DNA of 64,000 bases from NCBI GenBank assembly GCA_965205025.1, contig CBDBFU010000011.1, positions 64,001-128,000 on the forward strand, in the 5' to 3' direction. The number at the start of each line of letters is the position of its first letter. Positions within the stretch are counted from its first letter, which is position 1. A program made the position numbers and the translations under genes. Shown here piece after piece: positions 1 through 9,829 of this stretch. The notes under the pieces are model-generated. The model was given only the letters and a program-made list of their open reading frames with translations. It did not search any database and was not told where the DNA came from. The stretch comes from Candidatus Poribacteria bacterium. Lineage in GTDB: Bacteria; Poribacteria; WGA-4E; WGA-3G.

Positions 1-58
1 AGATATTCTCTGATTAGATATTTATCAATTATCTTCAAACCAGATTCCCTATTCTACC

Positions 59-1261
59 TTATGATTCCGCATTTCTATTCACGACAATAGGTAATTTCTT
101 ATCTTTTTTTCGCCATGCTTTAAATATACCTTCAGTTAGCATATTGACTGTGAATAAAATTCCAATTACACCAATCACAAGATTTGGTAACCACATAGCC
201 AATGCTGGATGGAATTGTCCAGTCATCCCTGTATTTTGCCCAACTTGCAAGAGAAGATAATACAACAGTATAACCCCTAAACCGATTCCAAATCCGATCA
301 TTCTTCCGTTATGTTTTACGATAAATCCGAGTGGTATACCTATTAACCCAAATGCTAAGCAAGCAAAGGGGAGCGCGAATTTCTTATAGTATTCCACTCT
401 TGCATACCGCAATCTATTCATAGCAATATCAGATTTTCTTTCTGGTTTTATCGAATTTTCGATATTTTGAATATGTGATTTGAGTTCACCAATCTGCATA
501 GTTTGAGGATGTTGGGTTTTATAGTCTGATCTTTGAAGATTACGATTAAAATCCAGAATGATTTGTTGCTGTTGGAAATGTGTTATCCTAAATCCATCAG
601 ACCCATCAGTTTCAGGTTCGTATGTTTCACCATCGTAAAGAGTTAACTTTGCATTTCCATCCTCAAAACCAAGACTTGCGGATTCGGCTAATGTATACCG
701 GGGTTGTCCTTTTTTATATTCATCCCATATTTTTATTTTCTGTAGTCGTTCAGATTCTTCGTCAGTAGATTCAAACATCCAAAGTTTACCTTCTGATTCA
801 AGCTCCTTCATTACTATTCCTTCTTCTAAAATTACTGCAGGATTATGTCTTTGTATAGCACGTTTAAGGGATACAGAAGCGAGTGTAGCTCGTGGTAACA
901 CCAACTCCATCAACAATAAATCAATCCCACTTAAAAGCACCGTTACACATAATAGTGGAATCATTAGTTGATTGAATGAAATACCATGTGCCCTCATTGC
1001 TGTAATTTCATTATCTGTTGACATCCGACCTAAAGACAATAGAATTGCCACCAAAACAGCCATTGGAATTGAGAGGACAACCGTTGCAGGCATCACATAT
1101 AGTAAAGATTCTAATAAATAAAAAGGACTAACACCTTTTTTTACAAAAAGTTTTACAAGACGAAAAAGTTCATCAAATAATATGATAAATGTAAAACAAA
1201 TGAGTGATATTAAAAATGGTGGTGTGAATTCCTTAAGGCAATATCGTGAAATTATTTTCAT
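59..1261 (-). CDS. LptF/LptG family LPS export ABC transporter permease
   Basis: N-terminal MKIISRYCLKEF, three TM helices plus 'LGRMSTDNEITAMRAHGIS', a periplasmic domain, then 'KKFALPFACLAFGLIGIPLG' and 'AMWLPN'. This is the YjgP/YjgQ layout; LptF vs LptG not resolved. Confidence 0.88.
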   Translation of the reverse strand: MKIISRYCLKEFTPPFLISLICFTFIILFDELFRLVKLFVKKGVSPFYLLESLLYVMPATVVLSIPMAVLVAILLSLGRMSTDNEITAMRAHGISFNQLMIPLLCVTVLLSGIDLLLMELVLPRATLASVSLKRAIQRHNPAVILEEGIVMKELESEGKLWMFESTDEESERLQKIKIWDEYKKGQPRYTLAESASLGFEDGNAKLTLYDGETYEPETDGSDGFRITHFQQQQIILDFNRNLQRSDYKTQHPQTMQIGELKSHIQNIENSIKPERKSDIAMNRLRYARVEYYKKFALPFACLAFGLIGIPLGFIVKHNGRMIGFGIGLGVILLYYLLLQVGQNTGMTGQFHPALAMWLPNLVIGVIGILFTVNMLTEGIFKAWRKKDKKLPIVVNRNAES

Positions 1262-1477
1262 ACTTCTTATGGTTCTGTTCTTTTTACATATATTTGTTAG
1301 ATAGACAATTGATTCTTATGTATTAAATAGTTCATCATTTTTATTATCTTTAATTACAATTTACACTAATGAATTAAACGACAATCACATATATTAGTTA
1401 TAGGTTTTCAGATTTTCTTCAATTTATTTTATGTTTTTTATTAGAAATTGTATGGTTGACATGTTATCATGTGAGTT

Positions 1478-1945
1478 ATGAATATACCTTTGGACGCAAT
1501 TCAATTAACAGAGACAGACTTGTCTGAGTATTCAGTGTATCACTCCTCGGCACAAGAACTTTATTCACTAACAGCACCAGCTAAACCGGTTGCTTTGTTC
1601 GGTTGGCGAGATCGTTGGTGGTTAGACAATTCTGCTGGTAAACAAGTCAACTTGAACTATTGGTTATTTGAATCTCCTGATGATGCTCAAACTGCTGCAG
1701 ATAATGGACGTGTTCGTTTATCAGCACAAACAATCAGTAAAATAGGTGGACTTGAATCAGTATATCAACCCGTATCTGAAGAAGAATCTGAACTTGGAGA
1801 TATTGTGTGGCAGGCTGGAGCGAATTGGCTTTTTGTCCACGGTTCTTTTGTTGTATTAGTTGCAGAAGTTGGCGGACAAGTTCCTGCTGAAACTACCCTG
1901 GCAATCGCAAAAAAGATTAATAATAAAATAAAGGCGATTCAGTAA
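1478..1945 (+). CDS. hypothetical protein
   Basis: 155-aa ORF filling an intergenic gap with natural composition; no recognisable motif. Confidence 0.6.
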   Translation: MNIPLDAIQLTETDLSEYSVYHSSAQELYSLTAPAKPVALFGWRDRWWLDNSAGKQVNLNYWLFESPDDAQTAADNGRVRLSAQTISKIGGLESVYQPVSEEESELGDIVWQAGANWLFVHGSFVVLVAEVGGQVPAETTLAIAKKINNKIKAIQ

Positions 1946-2042
1946 TAACCATATAATTTTATTTTAGGATGGATAAACCTGACAGTGGAATATATTCATT
2001 GTCGGTGCGTATCCATCCTTTTTATTTCAAAATCAATCTCAC

Positions 2043-3110
2043 CTAATAATCTTGAATCCAATTTTCCGATTGATATTCAAGTTGAATATTCTCCACCCCG
2101 CCAAAATGTCTATGTTCAAACCATGGTAAAGCTGATTCTGCGGCATCATTTGCATTATGGAAATTTGTTGTTGCCTCGTTTTCCAAGAACTGCGTTACTG
2201 CCCCAATATCAGGGAAGTAGTCCACAGCATCTTTCCATATTGCACGGCCACATAGGAATCCACTTGCGCCGGCTTCTGCTGCGAGTTTCACGTTTTCTAA
2301 GAACTCATCAATATCTACTCCTGCACTTAGAATTACCCACGGGAGTGTTGAAGCCGTGTCCAGCTTTTTACAGATTTCTTTAACTTCACTTAGACTATAA
2401 GCAGAGGCACCTGCATAGAAAGAACTATCCTTATACTCGTCAGTATATTTGAGATCTGCAGGGAATTCTAATTTGAGGATATCAACTTTATACGATGGAT
2501 CTGTAAATTCTTCCACACTCCGTATAACTAAATCCGGTTTCTGTTTTGCAAATTCCACGCTTTTTGTTGTTCCTTCCAGCGCATAACTTACAAGTTCAAG
2601 TAAGAACGGGATATCCTGTTTTTCACATTCATCTCCGACATGTCGAACGAATTCTTGCTGGTGTTTTAATGCTGGTGCTGAAGCATCGGGATGGTAATAT
2701 GCCAATAGTTTTATTGCATCCGCGCCAGCGCGTTGTGCTTTGGCAATTGTCCAATTTTGAATAGGATTGGATAACCGTTCATTTTCTCCTACACCTTCGC
2801 TGACATAACCAGATTCTTCATAAGCCAATAAGAGTGCGACGTCTCTTGGTATTTCTGTGATTGAATACGGATGCCCATAAATCGGATCGGTTAAAACTGC
2901 TGTGGAATTGGGTGCAAGTAGTCTCGTGATTAAGGTTTTAATTGATGCGACATCATCGTATTTTACATCTGTTTTTTCAATATTGAGAACTTCGGCAAGT
3001 TTTGTGACCATAGATCCTCGTTGGTCGATAGCCATCATTTTGAATCTTCCACTTGCATCAGCAAGTTTCATAATTCCTCTCAATTTTCCAGATGAAATAA
3101 CAGTAGCCAT
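2043..3110 (-). CDS. lacD: tagatose-1,6-bisphosphate / sulfofructosephosphate aldolase (class I, LacD-like)
   Basis: Motifs MAIDQRGS, AIKLLAYYHPD, DILKLEFP, PWVILSAGV and SGFLCGRAIW. Confidence 0.85.
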   Translation of the reverse strand: MATVISSGKLRGIMKLADASGRFKMMAIDQRGSMVTKLAEVLNIEKTDVKYDDVASIKTLITRLLAPNSTAVLTDPIYGHPYSITEIPRDVALLLAYEESGYVSEGVGENERLSNPIQNWTIAKAQRAGADAIKLLAYYHPDASAPALKHQQEFVRHVGDECEKQDIPFLLELVSYALEGTTKSVEFAKQKPDLVIRSVEEFTDPSYKVDILKLEFPADLKYTDEYKDSSFYAGASAYSLSEVKEICKKLDTASTLPWVILSAGVDIDEFLENVKLAAEAGASGFLCGRAIWKDAVDYFPDIGAVTQFLENEATTNFHNANDAAESALPWFEHRHFGGVENIQLEYQSENWIQDY

Positions 3111-3128
3111 TTAATTGTGTTCTCCTTA

Positions 3129-4232
3129 CTAATATTCGCGTTCAACGAAAAAATGGATAAGTGATAAAAAAAGATTCTTTGCTTTATTATCAGGTAAGTG
3201 TCCAAAATTGTCAGTAAACAGTTCTGCTGCTTGTTTGAGTAAAGTTTTTGAGTGTTGCTGTGCATATTCGATAGAATCATATTTATGCATTAATTTGAGA
3301 ACTTTCTCAATATCTTCTTCTGTTTTTTCAGATCGAGATCGAGCCATAATTTCAATTACAGCATCTGTTTCACTTGAGGTGCATGAGTTGAATAGGTGTA
3401 TGAGGACAAGTGTTCGCTTTCCTTCACTAAGGTCCCCTGCAATTTCTTTCCCATATCTACCGACATCGCCAATCAAATTTAATACATCGTCCTGAATTTG
3501 GAATGCAATTCCTAAAGACTTACCAATCTCAATAAAGACATCCGTCTCTTGATTTGAAGCACCAGCGATAATTGCTCCTACACGACATGGTGTAATACAT
3601 GTGTACCAAGCGGTTTTCTGAATACACATAGTGAAGTAATCGTTTTCATTCAAGTTCCACTGATTATTCCGTACCCAACTGAGTTCAATATGTTGTCCTT
3701 GAACAACTTGATTACTGAGTTGAATGAATTCGGAAAGGATTTGGAAGGAAAGTTGATGCCCGAGGATATCAGTATTTCGATGGAGTAGTTCCCACATTTT
3801 ACAATGTAAAGCGTCTCCAACATTGATAGCCATAGGGATACCATGTTTCTGATGTAGACAAGGTTCACCGCGTCTGAGTTCAGATCCATCTTCTATATCG
3901 TCATGAATCAGGAGCCAATTTTGTAGCAATTCGAGTGCAGCTGCGGTGTTTACCGCAAGCTTTGCATCTCCTTCAAGAGCTTCACAGATAAGAAGACACA
4001 GAGCAGGACGTAAGCCTTTCCCAGCACGGCGTGGATAGTCCAACATCATCTGATAAAGTTGGTGTATATCCTTATGTTCATGTGTATTAGGAAGGAAGTC
4101 AAAGATACATGCGTCTACTTTTTCTTTGACTTCATTGAGATAAGCACTGACGTGTTCTTTGGTTGGTGCGGGTTCACACCCAGGTTTAGGCATTGGTCTC
4201 TTTGTGTTTCCTGTCCTTCTCCTTTGCAGCAT
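3129..4232 (-). CDS. polyprenyl diphosphate synthase (GGPP-synthase-like)
   Basis: GKGLRP, LIHDDIED..RRG, KT, FQIQDDVL and DLSEGK motifs. The true start may be slightly downstream. Confidence 0.9.
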   Translation of the reverse strand: MLQRRRTGNTKRPMPKPGCEPAPTKEHVSAYLNEVKEKVDACIFDFLPNTHEHKDIHQLYQMMLDYPRRAGKGLRPALCLLICEALEGDAKLAVNTAAALELLQNWLLIHDDIEDGSELRRGEPCLHQKHGIPMAINVGDALHCKMWELLHRNTDILGHQLSFQILSEFIQLSNQVVQGQHIELSWVRNNQWNLNENDYFTMCIQKTAWYTCITPCRVGAIIAGASNQETDVFIEIGKSLGIAFQIQDDVLNLIGDVGRYGKEIAGDLSEGKRTLVLIHLFNSCTSSETDAVIEIMARSRSEKTEEDIEKVLKLMHKYDSIEYAQQHSKTLLKQAAELFTDNFGHLPDNKAKNLFLSLIHFFVEREY

Positions 4233-4432
4233 GTATAGTTAAATTATATCACATGACAGGGGTAAAATCAAATTTATTGATTGGTTAGGGTGTGTATAAT
4301 TTTTGGCATTAAAGTACTGGCAGGTATCTTCTTCGAATCACGAAAAGTTTGTAGTCATGATCGGGGAATCGGAATCCTTCATGATAATTTACGGATAGTT
4401 TCCCATTAGACTTTTCGTCCCTACAGCACAAA

Positions 4433-5389
4433 TTAGTCTTGTCTTTTTATTTTTCCCCATGTAGATGTCAATAATTGCTCATTAGGCTTAACAGAAAGAG
4501 ATGATGCACCTGGATCATACCACACAGGATCAATATTAACACCTTCCCGAGTAAGCTGCACAGTCTTACTGGTTGCTATATCAACAGTGAAAATATGAAC
4601 TAGACCTCTAACTGACTTACTATATACAAGCTGTTTTCCATTCGGTGCCCATGCCAAAGAATAAACTCTTAACTGTTCTGTTGTAGTTATTAGTTTAGTA
4701 CCTGTCCCATCACCATTAGAAATATATATACCGTTGTCTATATCACTCCCACTCCAAGCGAAAGCAATTTTCTGACTATTAGGTGACCATCGAGGTAGTG
4801 TAAACCAAGGTTGCTTATGGAGTATTAACCTTTTATTAGTATTGGATTCAAGATCATATATGTAAATCTCTCTTTTCTTAACGTTAGAGATGACATAAGC
4901 GATCTTGGAACCATCAGCAGACCAGGATGGATCACCCCCCATTCTATGCGTTTGGATGGTTGGCTCAATATTTTGTCCATCTGCAGATGCGATGTGGATA
5001 TTCCAGTTTTTAGCAATTTTTGAGTATGCTACAAAAGCGATTTGTTTTCCATCAGGAGACCATACTGGTTCACGTTTATAATTCATCTGTTCAAACACAG
5101 GTTTCACGTTTGAACCATCTGCGTCCATAATATAAATATCATGGGTTCCACTACGTTCAGTACAAAAAAGTATCTTTTCTCCATCGGGTGACCATGCCAA
5201 TTGGTTTATTTTTCCTGATCGTCGGAGAAGGATTTGATGATCTTCACCATCTGGATTCATCATCTCTATTGACGAGGTGCCATTTTGCCAACTTACATAA
5301 GCAATTTTTTCCGTATTAGGTGCTGCTAACACTGGATACACGAACAACAAACATATACTATATATAAGAATTAATCGTAGAGTTTTCAC
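4433..5389 (-). CDS. secreted TolB-like beta-propeller (PD40 repeats) with C-terminal TWG motif
   Basis: Signal peptide; repeated WSPDG units; ends SVKPNEQLLTSTWGKIKRQD. Confidence 0.85.
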   Translation of the reverse strand: MKTLRLILIYSICLLFVYPVLAAPNTEKIAYVSWQNGTSSIEMMNPDGEDHQILLRRSGKINQLAWSPDGEKILFCTERSGTHDIYIMDADGSNVKPVFEQMNYKREPVWSPDGKQIAFVAYSKIAKNWNIHIASADGQNIEPTIQTHRMGGDPSWSADGSKIAYVISNVKKREIYIYDLESNTNKRLILHKQPWFTLPRWSPNSQKIAFAWSGSDIDNGIYISNGDGTGTKLITTTEQLRVYSLAWAPNGKQLVYSKSVRGLVHIFTVDIATSKTVQLTREGVNIDPVWYDPGASSLSVKPNEQLLTSTWGKIKRQD

Positions 5390-5556
5390 AGGATTCCTCC
5401 AATTATTATACCAATTCTAAGTTCACATTATTGGCATTAGGAAATAGTTATTTATTTCAAGTTATTTCTATAAACATTCCATTCCTTGATTCGCGAGGCG
5501 AAAGGTGTATCCCTAAATTGACACCAATGATAATACTATGGACAACAACTGTTGGT

Positions 5557-6303
5557 CTATTCAATAGAAATCGTTACTGTATTAGATTCAAGTGATGTTT
5601 TCCCACGTAGAGATTTTATAGGCAAATATATATCCTGTAGTTGATCCTTATATTTTTCTCTAATGAAATCAATTTGATCTTGCGTGTAGCTAATTGCTTC
5701 TTTCTTAGCTTCGGGTGTGAACTGTGGACTTGTGTTATTCTGTATTTTCATTATCTCGCGTTCTAATTCGATAATCTGTGGATGTTGATCTTGGATGGAT
5801 TCTTTATATACCTCCATAACGGTTGTTACTTTGATGGTATATGTTCCCGGATTAAGTTGAAAGTGTGCAGACAGATCTTCTAAGGAGATGGTCTGGGTTT
5901 GAGTTGCTTTTAAATCATAACCCTTAACACACCTCATAGATTTTCCACCTTTGTAAAGTGTCTTTAGGGGAACTGAAGGGGCAACTGGTTTTGCCATCCG
6001 TAAGACCTGTCCATTACTATCTGTTACGGATAACTGTTTGAATACATTTGCTGTTGCAACGACTGAAAATGGTACCAACAGATCGAATTTTCCATTTTGA
6101 ATTTTTAGTTCAAGTGGTATTGATTCTCCAGATGTATAGGATGTTTTCGATGATGTAAGATCCAGAATTGCCAGTGCATCTGATGTCCCATTATTAGATG
6201 GAGACGCCTCTTCGACAGGGGTTTGGGTTTCTGTTTGCATACCACCCAAACATCCAAGTATACAAGTAATAATTAAAATATTAAGAATTGAGAGTGATTT
6301 CAT
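5557..6303 (-). CDS. hypothetical lipoprotein (Ig-like fold likely)
   Basis: Signal peptide with lipobox-like ILGC; beta-rich body with 'PGTYTI'. Confidence 0.6.
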   Translation of the reverse strand: MKSLSILNILIITCILGCLGGMQTETQTPVEEASPSNNGTSDALAILDLTSSKTSYTSGESIPLELKIQNGKFDLLVPFSVVATANVFKQLSVTDSNGQVLRMAKPVAPSVPLKTLYKGGKSMRCVKGYDLKATQTQTISLEDLSAHFQLNPGTYTIKVTTVMEVYKESIQDQHPQIIELEREIMKIQNNTSPQFTPEAKKEAISYTQDQIDFIREKYKDQLQDIYLPIKSLRGKTSLESNTVTISIE

Positions 6304-6367
6304 AAGTTCATATACCCCAAACGATATGTAATGTCAAGATAAGAAAACTAAAGATAACATATAGACA

Positions 6368-7462
6368 TTAACGTCTCTTATTCATGGTTATTCCTAAACC
6401 TGGAAGAGTGGATACATCAATAAATCCGTCAGTTATAGTTTCTGGTGGATTAACGAGTGTACTTCGCCAGTCCACTTCTCCCCAGGCATATTCAAGGATT
6501 CCGAAGTTTGGAATCGTTGCCATACACTGAACACTTGCTGCAGTTGCTACAGGACCACTTGGGTTGTGTGGCGTAATCTTCACATTGGTAGTTTCAGCTA
6601 ATGTTGCAATCTTTTTTAATCCTAACAATCCACCAACATGTTTTACATCCGGTAGGATATAATCAACTTTTACCTGTTTTAGTAGTCTATCAAAGTCTTC
6701 AAGTGTCCGTAGTTTTTCTCCTGTTGCAATCGGCATTGACGTAGATTGACTGACATGTGCTACAGCATCTAAATCCACCAATGGAATTGGATCTTCAATC
6801 CAAAAAAGACTTAGATCATCCAATTCTTTCGTTGTTTGGACAATTAACCCCGGATTAAATCGACTGTGGCAATCTACCATCAGATCAATATCTGGTCCGA
6901 TGGTCTCCCGTATAGTACGTAAACGATCAATCCCTTGACGAATAGCAGAATTGAGCGAGTTCTTAGAGATATCAGAAGCAGAAACACCGTCAAATGGAGC
7001 ACATTTAATCGCAGTAAATCCTTCGTCTACTGCCTTTTCAGCATTCTTAGCAAAGCCTTTTGGACTTCTGTCTATAGTTGCACGGTTAATATTGGCATAT
7101 AACCGAATCTGTGACCGACACTTACCACCCAACAACTGATAGCTTGGAACATCTAATGACTTTCCTGCTAAATCCCAAAGAGCATGTTCTATAGCACTGA
7201 TTACCGTATGTCCAGTATGTCCCTCGCTATTTCTGAAGAAACGTCTACGATAGGATTCAATATCGAAAACGTTAAATCCAATCAAGTCCGTTTCAAGTTC
7301 TTTGATGATCTGCTCTACACGTTCATCGTCTCTACTGTGCGAGGCTTCCCCGATTCCTATTGTCCCATCTTCAGCATGGACAATAACAAACACCCAATTA
7401 CCGCGATGGTTAACATGTATAATTTCTGTTTCAATAGATTTAATCTTGAGGGTCTGCATCAC
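6368..7462 (-). CDS. mandelate racemase/muconate lactonizing enzyme family (galactonate dehydratase-like)
   Basis: GIGEAS, SAIEHALWDLAGK, LLGG, DLMVDCH, WIEDP, ATGE and PHNPSGP motifs. Confidence 0.9.
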   Translation of the reverse strand: MMQTLKIKSIETEIIHVNHRGNWVFVIVHAEDGTIGIGEASHSRDDERVEQIIKELETDLIGFNVFDIESYRRRFFRNSEGHTGHTVISAIEHALWDLAGKSLDVPSYQLLGGKCRSQIRLYANINRATIDRSPKGFAKNAEKAVDEGFTAIKCAPFDGVSASDISKNSLNSAIRQGIDRLRTIRETIGPDIDLMVDCHSRFNPGLIVQTTKELDDLSLFWIEDPIPLVDLDAVAHVSQSTSMPIATGEKLRTLEDFDRLLKQVKVDYILPDVKHVGGLLGLKKIATLAETTNVKITPHNPSGPVATAASVQCMATIPNFGILEYAWGEVDWRSTLVNPPETITDGFIDVSTLPGLGITMNKRR

Positions 7463-7540
7463 GCAGTATTTCCCATTATGTTAAGACAATGCGGTATAAT
7501 AAGCTAATACAATGCGGTATGTAATTAAATAATGCCATTC

Positions 7541-8188
7541 TTACGATACAGCTGCCCATTTTGCTGCTTGTGTGATGAATTTCTGCATTCCCTCGCGCTC
7601 GAATGTGCCTGGACCGTGTCCTAATGTAGTGTAAAATACACGTCCGTCACCGTAACTTTTTACCCATGCCATTGGATGGGATTTGCCGAACCATTCTGCT
7701 GTTGCTAATACCTGTAGATTTGGTTCATGTGCGGATATGTAGATTTCATCTTCAACATCAAAATCAGCAATACCTTGGGTAGTAGGATGCTCATTATCTT
7801 CAATATTTACCGTGAATGTTGATCCAGGTGGATGCCAATTTGCGTGTCCACCAATTAGGTCCACGGCGCGTCCACCGATCCACCATGCCGTACCGTGAAT
7901 ACCGACCAATCCTTTTCCACCCTCCACAAATTGGAACAATCCATCTTCTTGTTCAGTTGATAAATCAGGCACACGTTTAGTTGTTCCATCTTCTTGTCGT
8001 TCTGAACGTGTAAATCCAGTGCCGAAAACACATGCATCGTAATCGTCTAATTCTTTCGATGCCAAAACGGCTTTATCATCAGTTAACGTCGCTGAGATTT
8101 CTGCATCATCATCAAGAAATCCGTGAATCACACTTGCACTTGCATTAAATCGGTGGTTTTCACCTGATAGTACGAGTATTTTTGGCAT
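7541..8188 (-). CDS. ThuA-domain (class I glutamine amidotransferase-like) protein
   Basis: GGKGLVGIH, DEIY, HPMAWVKSYGDGRVFYTTLGH. Confidence 0.88.
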   Translation of the reverse strand: MPKILVLSGENHRFNASASVIHGFLDDDAEISATLTDDKAVLASKELDDYDACVFGTGFTRSERQEDGTTKRVPDLSTEQEDGLFQFVEGGKGLVGIHGTAWWIGGRAVDLIGGHANWHPPGSTFTVNIEDNEHPTTQGIADFDVEDEIYISAHEPNLQVLATAEWFGKSHPMAWVKSYGDGRVFYTTLGHGPGTFEREGMQKFITQAAKWAAVS

Positions 8189-8351
8189 AATTGACTCCTT
8201 TAGAAATCGAATATTCTTATAATTTTGGTATATGTTGATAGTTTAGACAATAACCGATTTTCTGTCAATGTATTCTCTGATCTGAATAGTTTCTAGCGAA
8301 ATTATTTAGTATTTATTACTTGATGTTGGTTAAATGTGAAAAAAGAAAATG

Positions 8352-8390
8352 TGAAAAAAGTTACACTTTTTGTCACATAGTGTGACATTG
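8352..8390. repeat. conserved 39-bp element, copy 1 (inverted copy at 50085-50123)
   Basis: TGAAAAAAGTTACACTTTTTGTCACATAGTGTGACATTG is 38/39 identical to the reverse complement of 50085-50123 and contains the palindrome TGTCACA-N3-TGTGACA. Confidence 0.9.
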
Positions 8391-8631
8391 TATAATCGCC
8401 CATCCGATCTGTTACAGACTGGATTTAGAGCCATTTTATTATAATTACGAGAATTTCCAAAATTGATGAATTTTGTGTCATTTTCTGGTGTTTTTAACCA
8501 TTAAAGCCATCTGTGTTTTTCTCTATTTCTGATTGTATTTTTATGAAATTGTTGGATTGTCATTTCTCATTTTCCCAAATTACACCTTCTTAATATGATA
8601 CATTTTCTTTTTCTCTTTTTATACATTTATA

Positions 8632-8849
8632 ATTTTTCATAGTTACCATTTTAGATCATGTGATACTGAAGTGCTCTAACACCAGTTCTGTACTGATTTT
8701 AGAGGCTGTCTTCATGGTTTGTTATTTTTCATAGTAACTATGAAAGTTTCTAACTTTCTTACATTGTAAATCATCGATAAACATAGTCTGGCACTTGATT
8801 CATGTCTGTTTTTACATTATTGGGTAATAGAAGCGTAACTATGAAAAAT
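8632..8849. repeat. cluster of CATAGT(T/A)AC inverted repeats
   Basis: ATTTTTCATAGTTAC (8632-8646) is the perfect inverse of GTAACTATGAAAAAT (8835-8849). A central palindrome TTTCATAGT-A-ACTATGAAA lies at 8727-8745. Confidence 0.8.
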
Positions 8850-9274
8850 ATTCATAGTATAACAATTATATTTCATTGAGTTTGTTATAGGCGGTATTTG
8901 CCACCATGTTTGTGATAGCATCATATCCGATTTAATGTGATATATATAATTACATAATAAGATTTATATGTCAAGAGAAAAATTATATATTGTGATAGAT
9001 ACATAAATTTCTTATTAGCTAATGTTAGTTTTTTATTATGGGTATTTCTATAATATTATATCTTTAGTTGTGTTATAGTATGGTATTCTTCAATCTTTTT
9101 ATTTATTTAAGGAAGGATGGAAGGGATATCTGAATCGCGGATTACACGGATGACGCGGGTTTAGCGGAGAAGAAAGGCTATAGTCTGTAAGATTTTCTTT
9201 TTCTACTGAAACTACGAATCAAGAAATCAATGATATGAATGCCGTATTGTTTTATGGAATCAGTTTTTCTTTAT

Positions 9275-9303
9275 TTGACTTTGAGTAGAAAATATGTTAT
9301 TTT
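9275..9303 (+). promoter_or_regulatory. sigma70-type promoter of the small membrane-protein gene
   Basis: TTGACT-17 bp-TATTTT with extended TG; shares AAATATGTTAT with the paralogue promoter at 49483-49511. Confidence 0.6.
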
Positions 9304-9322
9304 TTAATAGAGGCATAAACTG

Positions 9323-9772
9323 ATGAATAATCAGGAACGCGTTGCTGGGGATAAAAACAAACGTTCATCAATATTTACAGTCAAAGACGCTGAAAACACT
9401 ATATTGTGTTTCTGTATCTATGTTATTATCCTTTTCGTTTGTGTAATTATACACCAGTATTTACTCAAAAATTACAAATTTATTAATTCTCTTTATTTTG
9501 TAGTTGAAAATATCTCAAAAATAATAGCTGCATCAACTTTATTGGTTATTTTTGGGGAAGGAATAGACATCATGTTACGACGTTTCAGAGAATATCTCCG
9601 GAGAGAACAGGAAATAAAAGCAAAAGCAAAAGATGAAGTTTACGATGAAGTTTACAAAGAGGTGGCAGCGTGGGATCGCCGTCGAAGGGATGCTGAAGCA
9701 CAGGGTATAGAATTCAATGAACCTCTGCCGATACAACCGCGAGAAAATTCGCAGGATAATTCAAAGAAATAA
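9323..9772 (+). CDS. small 2-helix membrane protein with charged C-terminal tail (paralogue of 48994-49458)
   Basis: Two hydrophobic segments, then GIDIML...WDRRRRDAEAQGIEFNEPLPIQPRENSQDNSKK, which aligns with the paralogue tail; GAGG RBS upstream. Confidence 0.85.
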   Translation: MNNQERVAGDKNKRSSIFTVKDAENTILCFCIYVIILFVCVIIHQYLLKNYKFINSLYFVVENISKIIAASTLLVIFGEGIDIMLRRFREYLRREQEIKAKAKDEVYDEVYKEVAAWDRRRRDAEAQGIEFNEPLPIQPRENSQDNSKK

Positions 9773-9829
9773 TTATTGGTATCCAAACACTAAGTCAGAG
9801 TGATATTCATGCCAAACTTTACCTACCGT

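Noticed and set aside
1985-2383. This and the many other short ORFs overlapping longer genes
   Set aside because: They are antisense or off-frame shadows of well-supported CDSs, with no motifs.
9133-9168. Short 9-nt-period repeat (CGCGGATTACACGGATGACGCGG)
   Set aside because: Too short and degenerate to assign a function.
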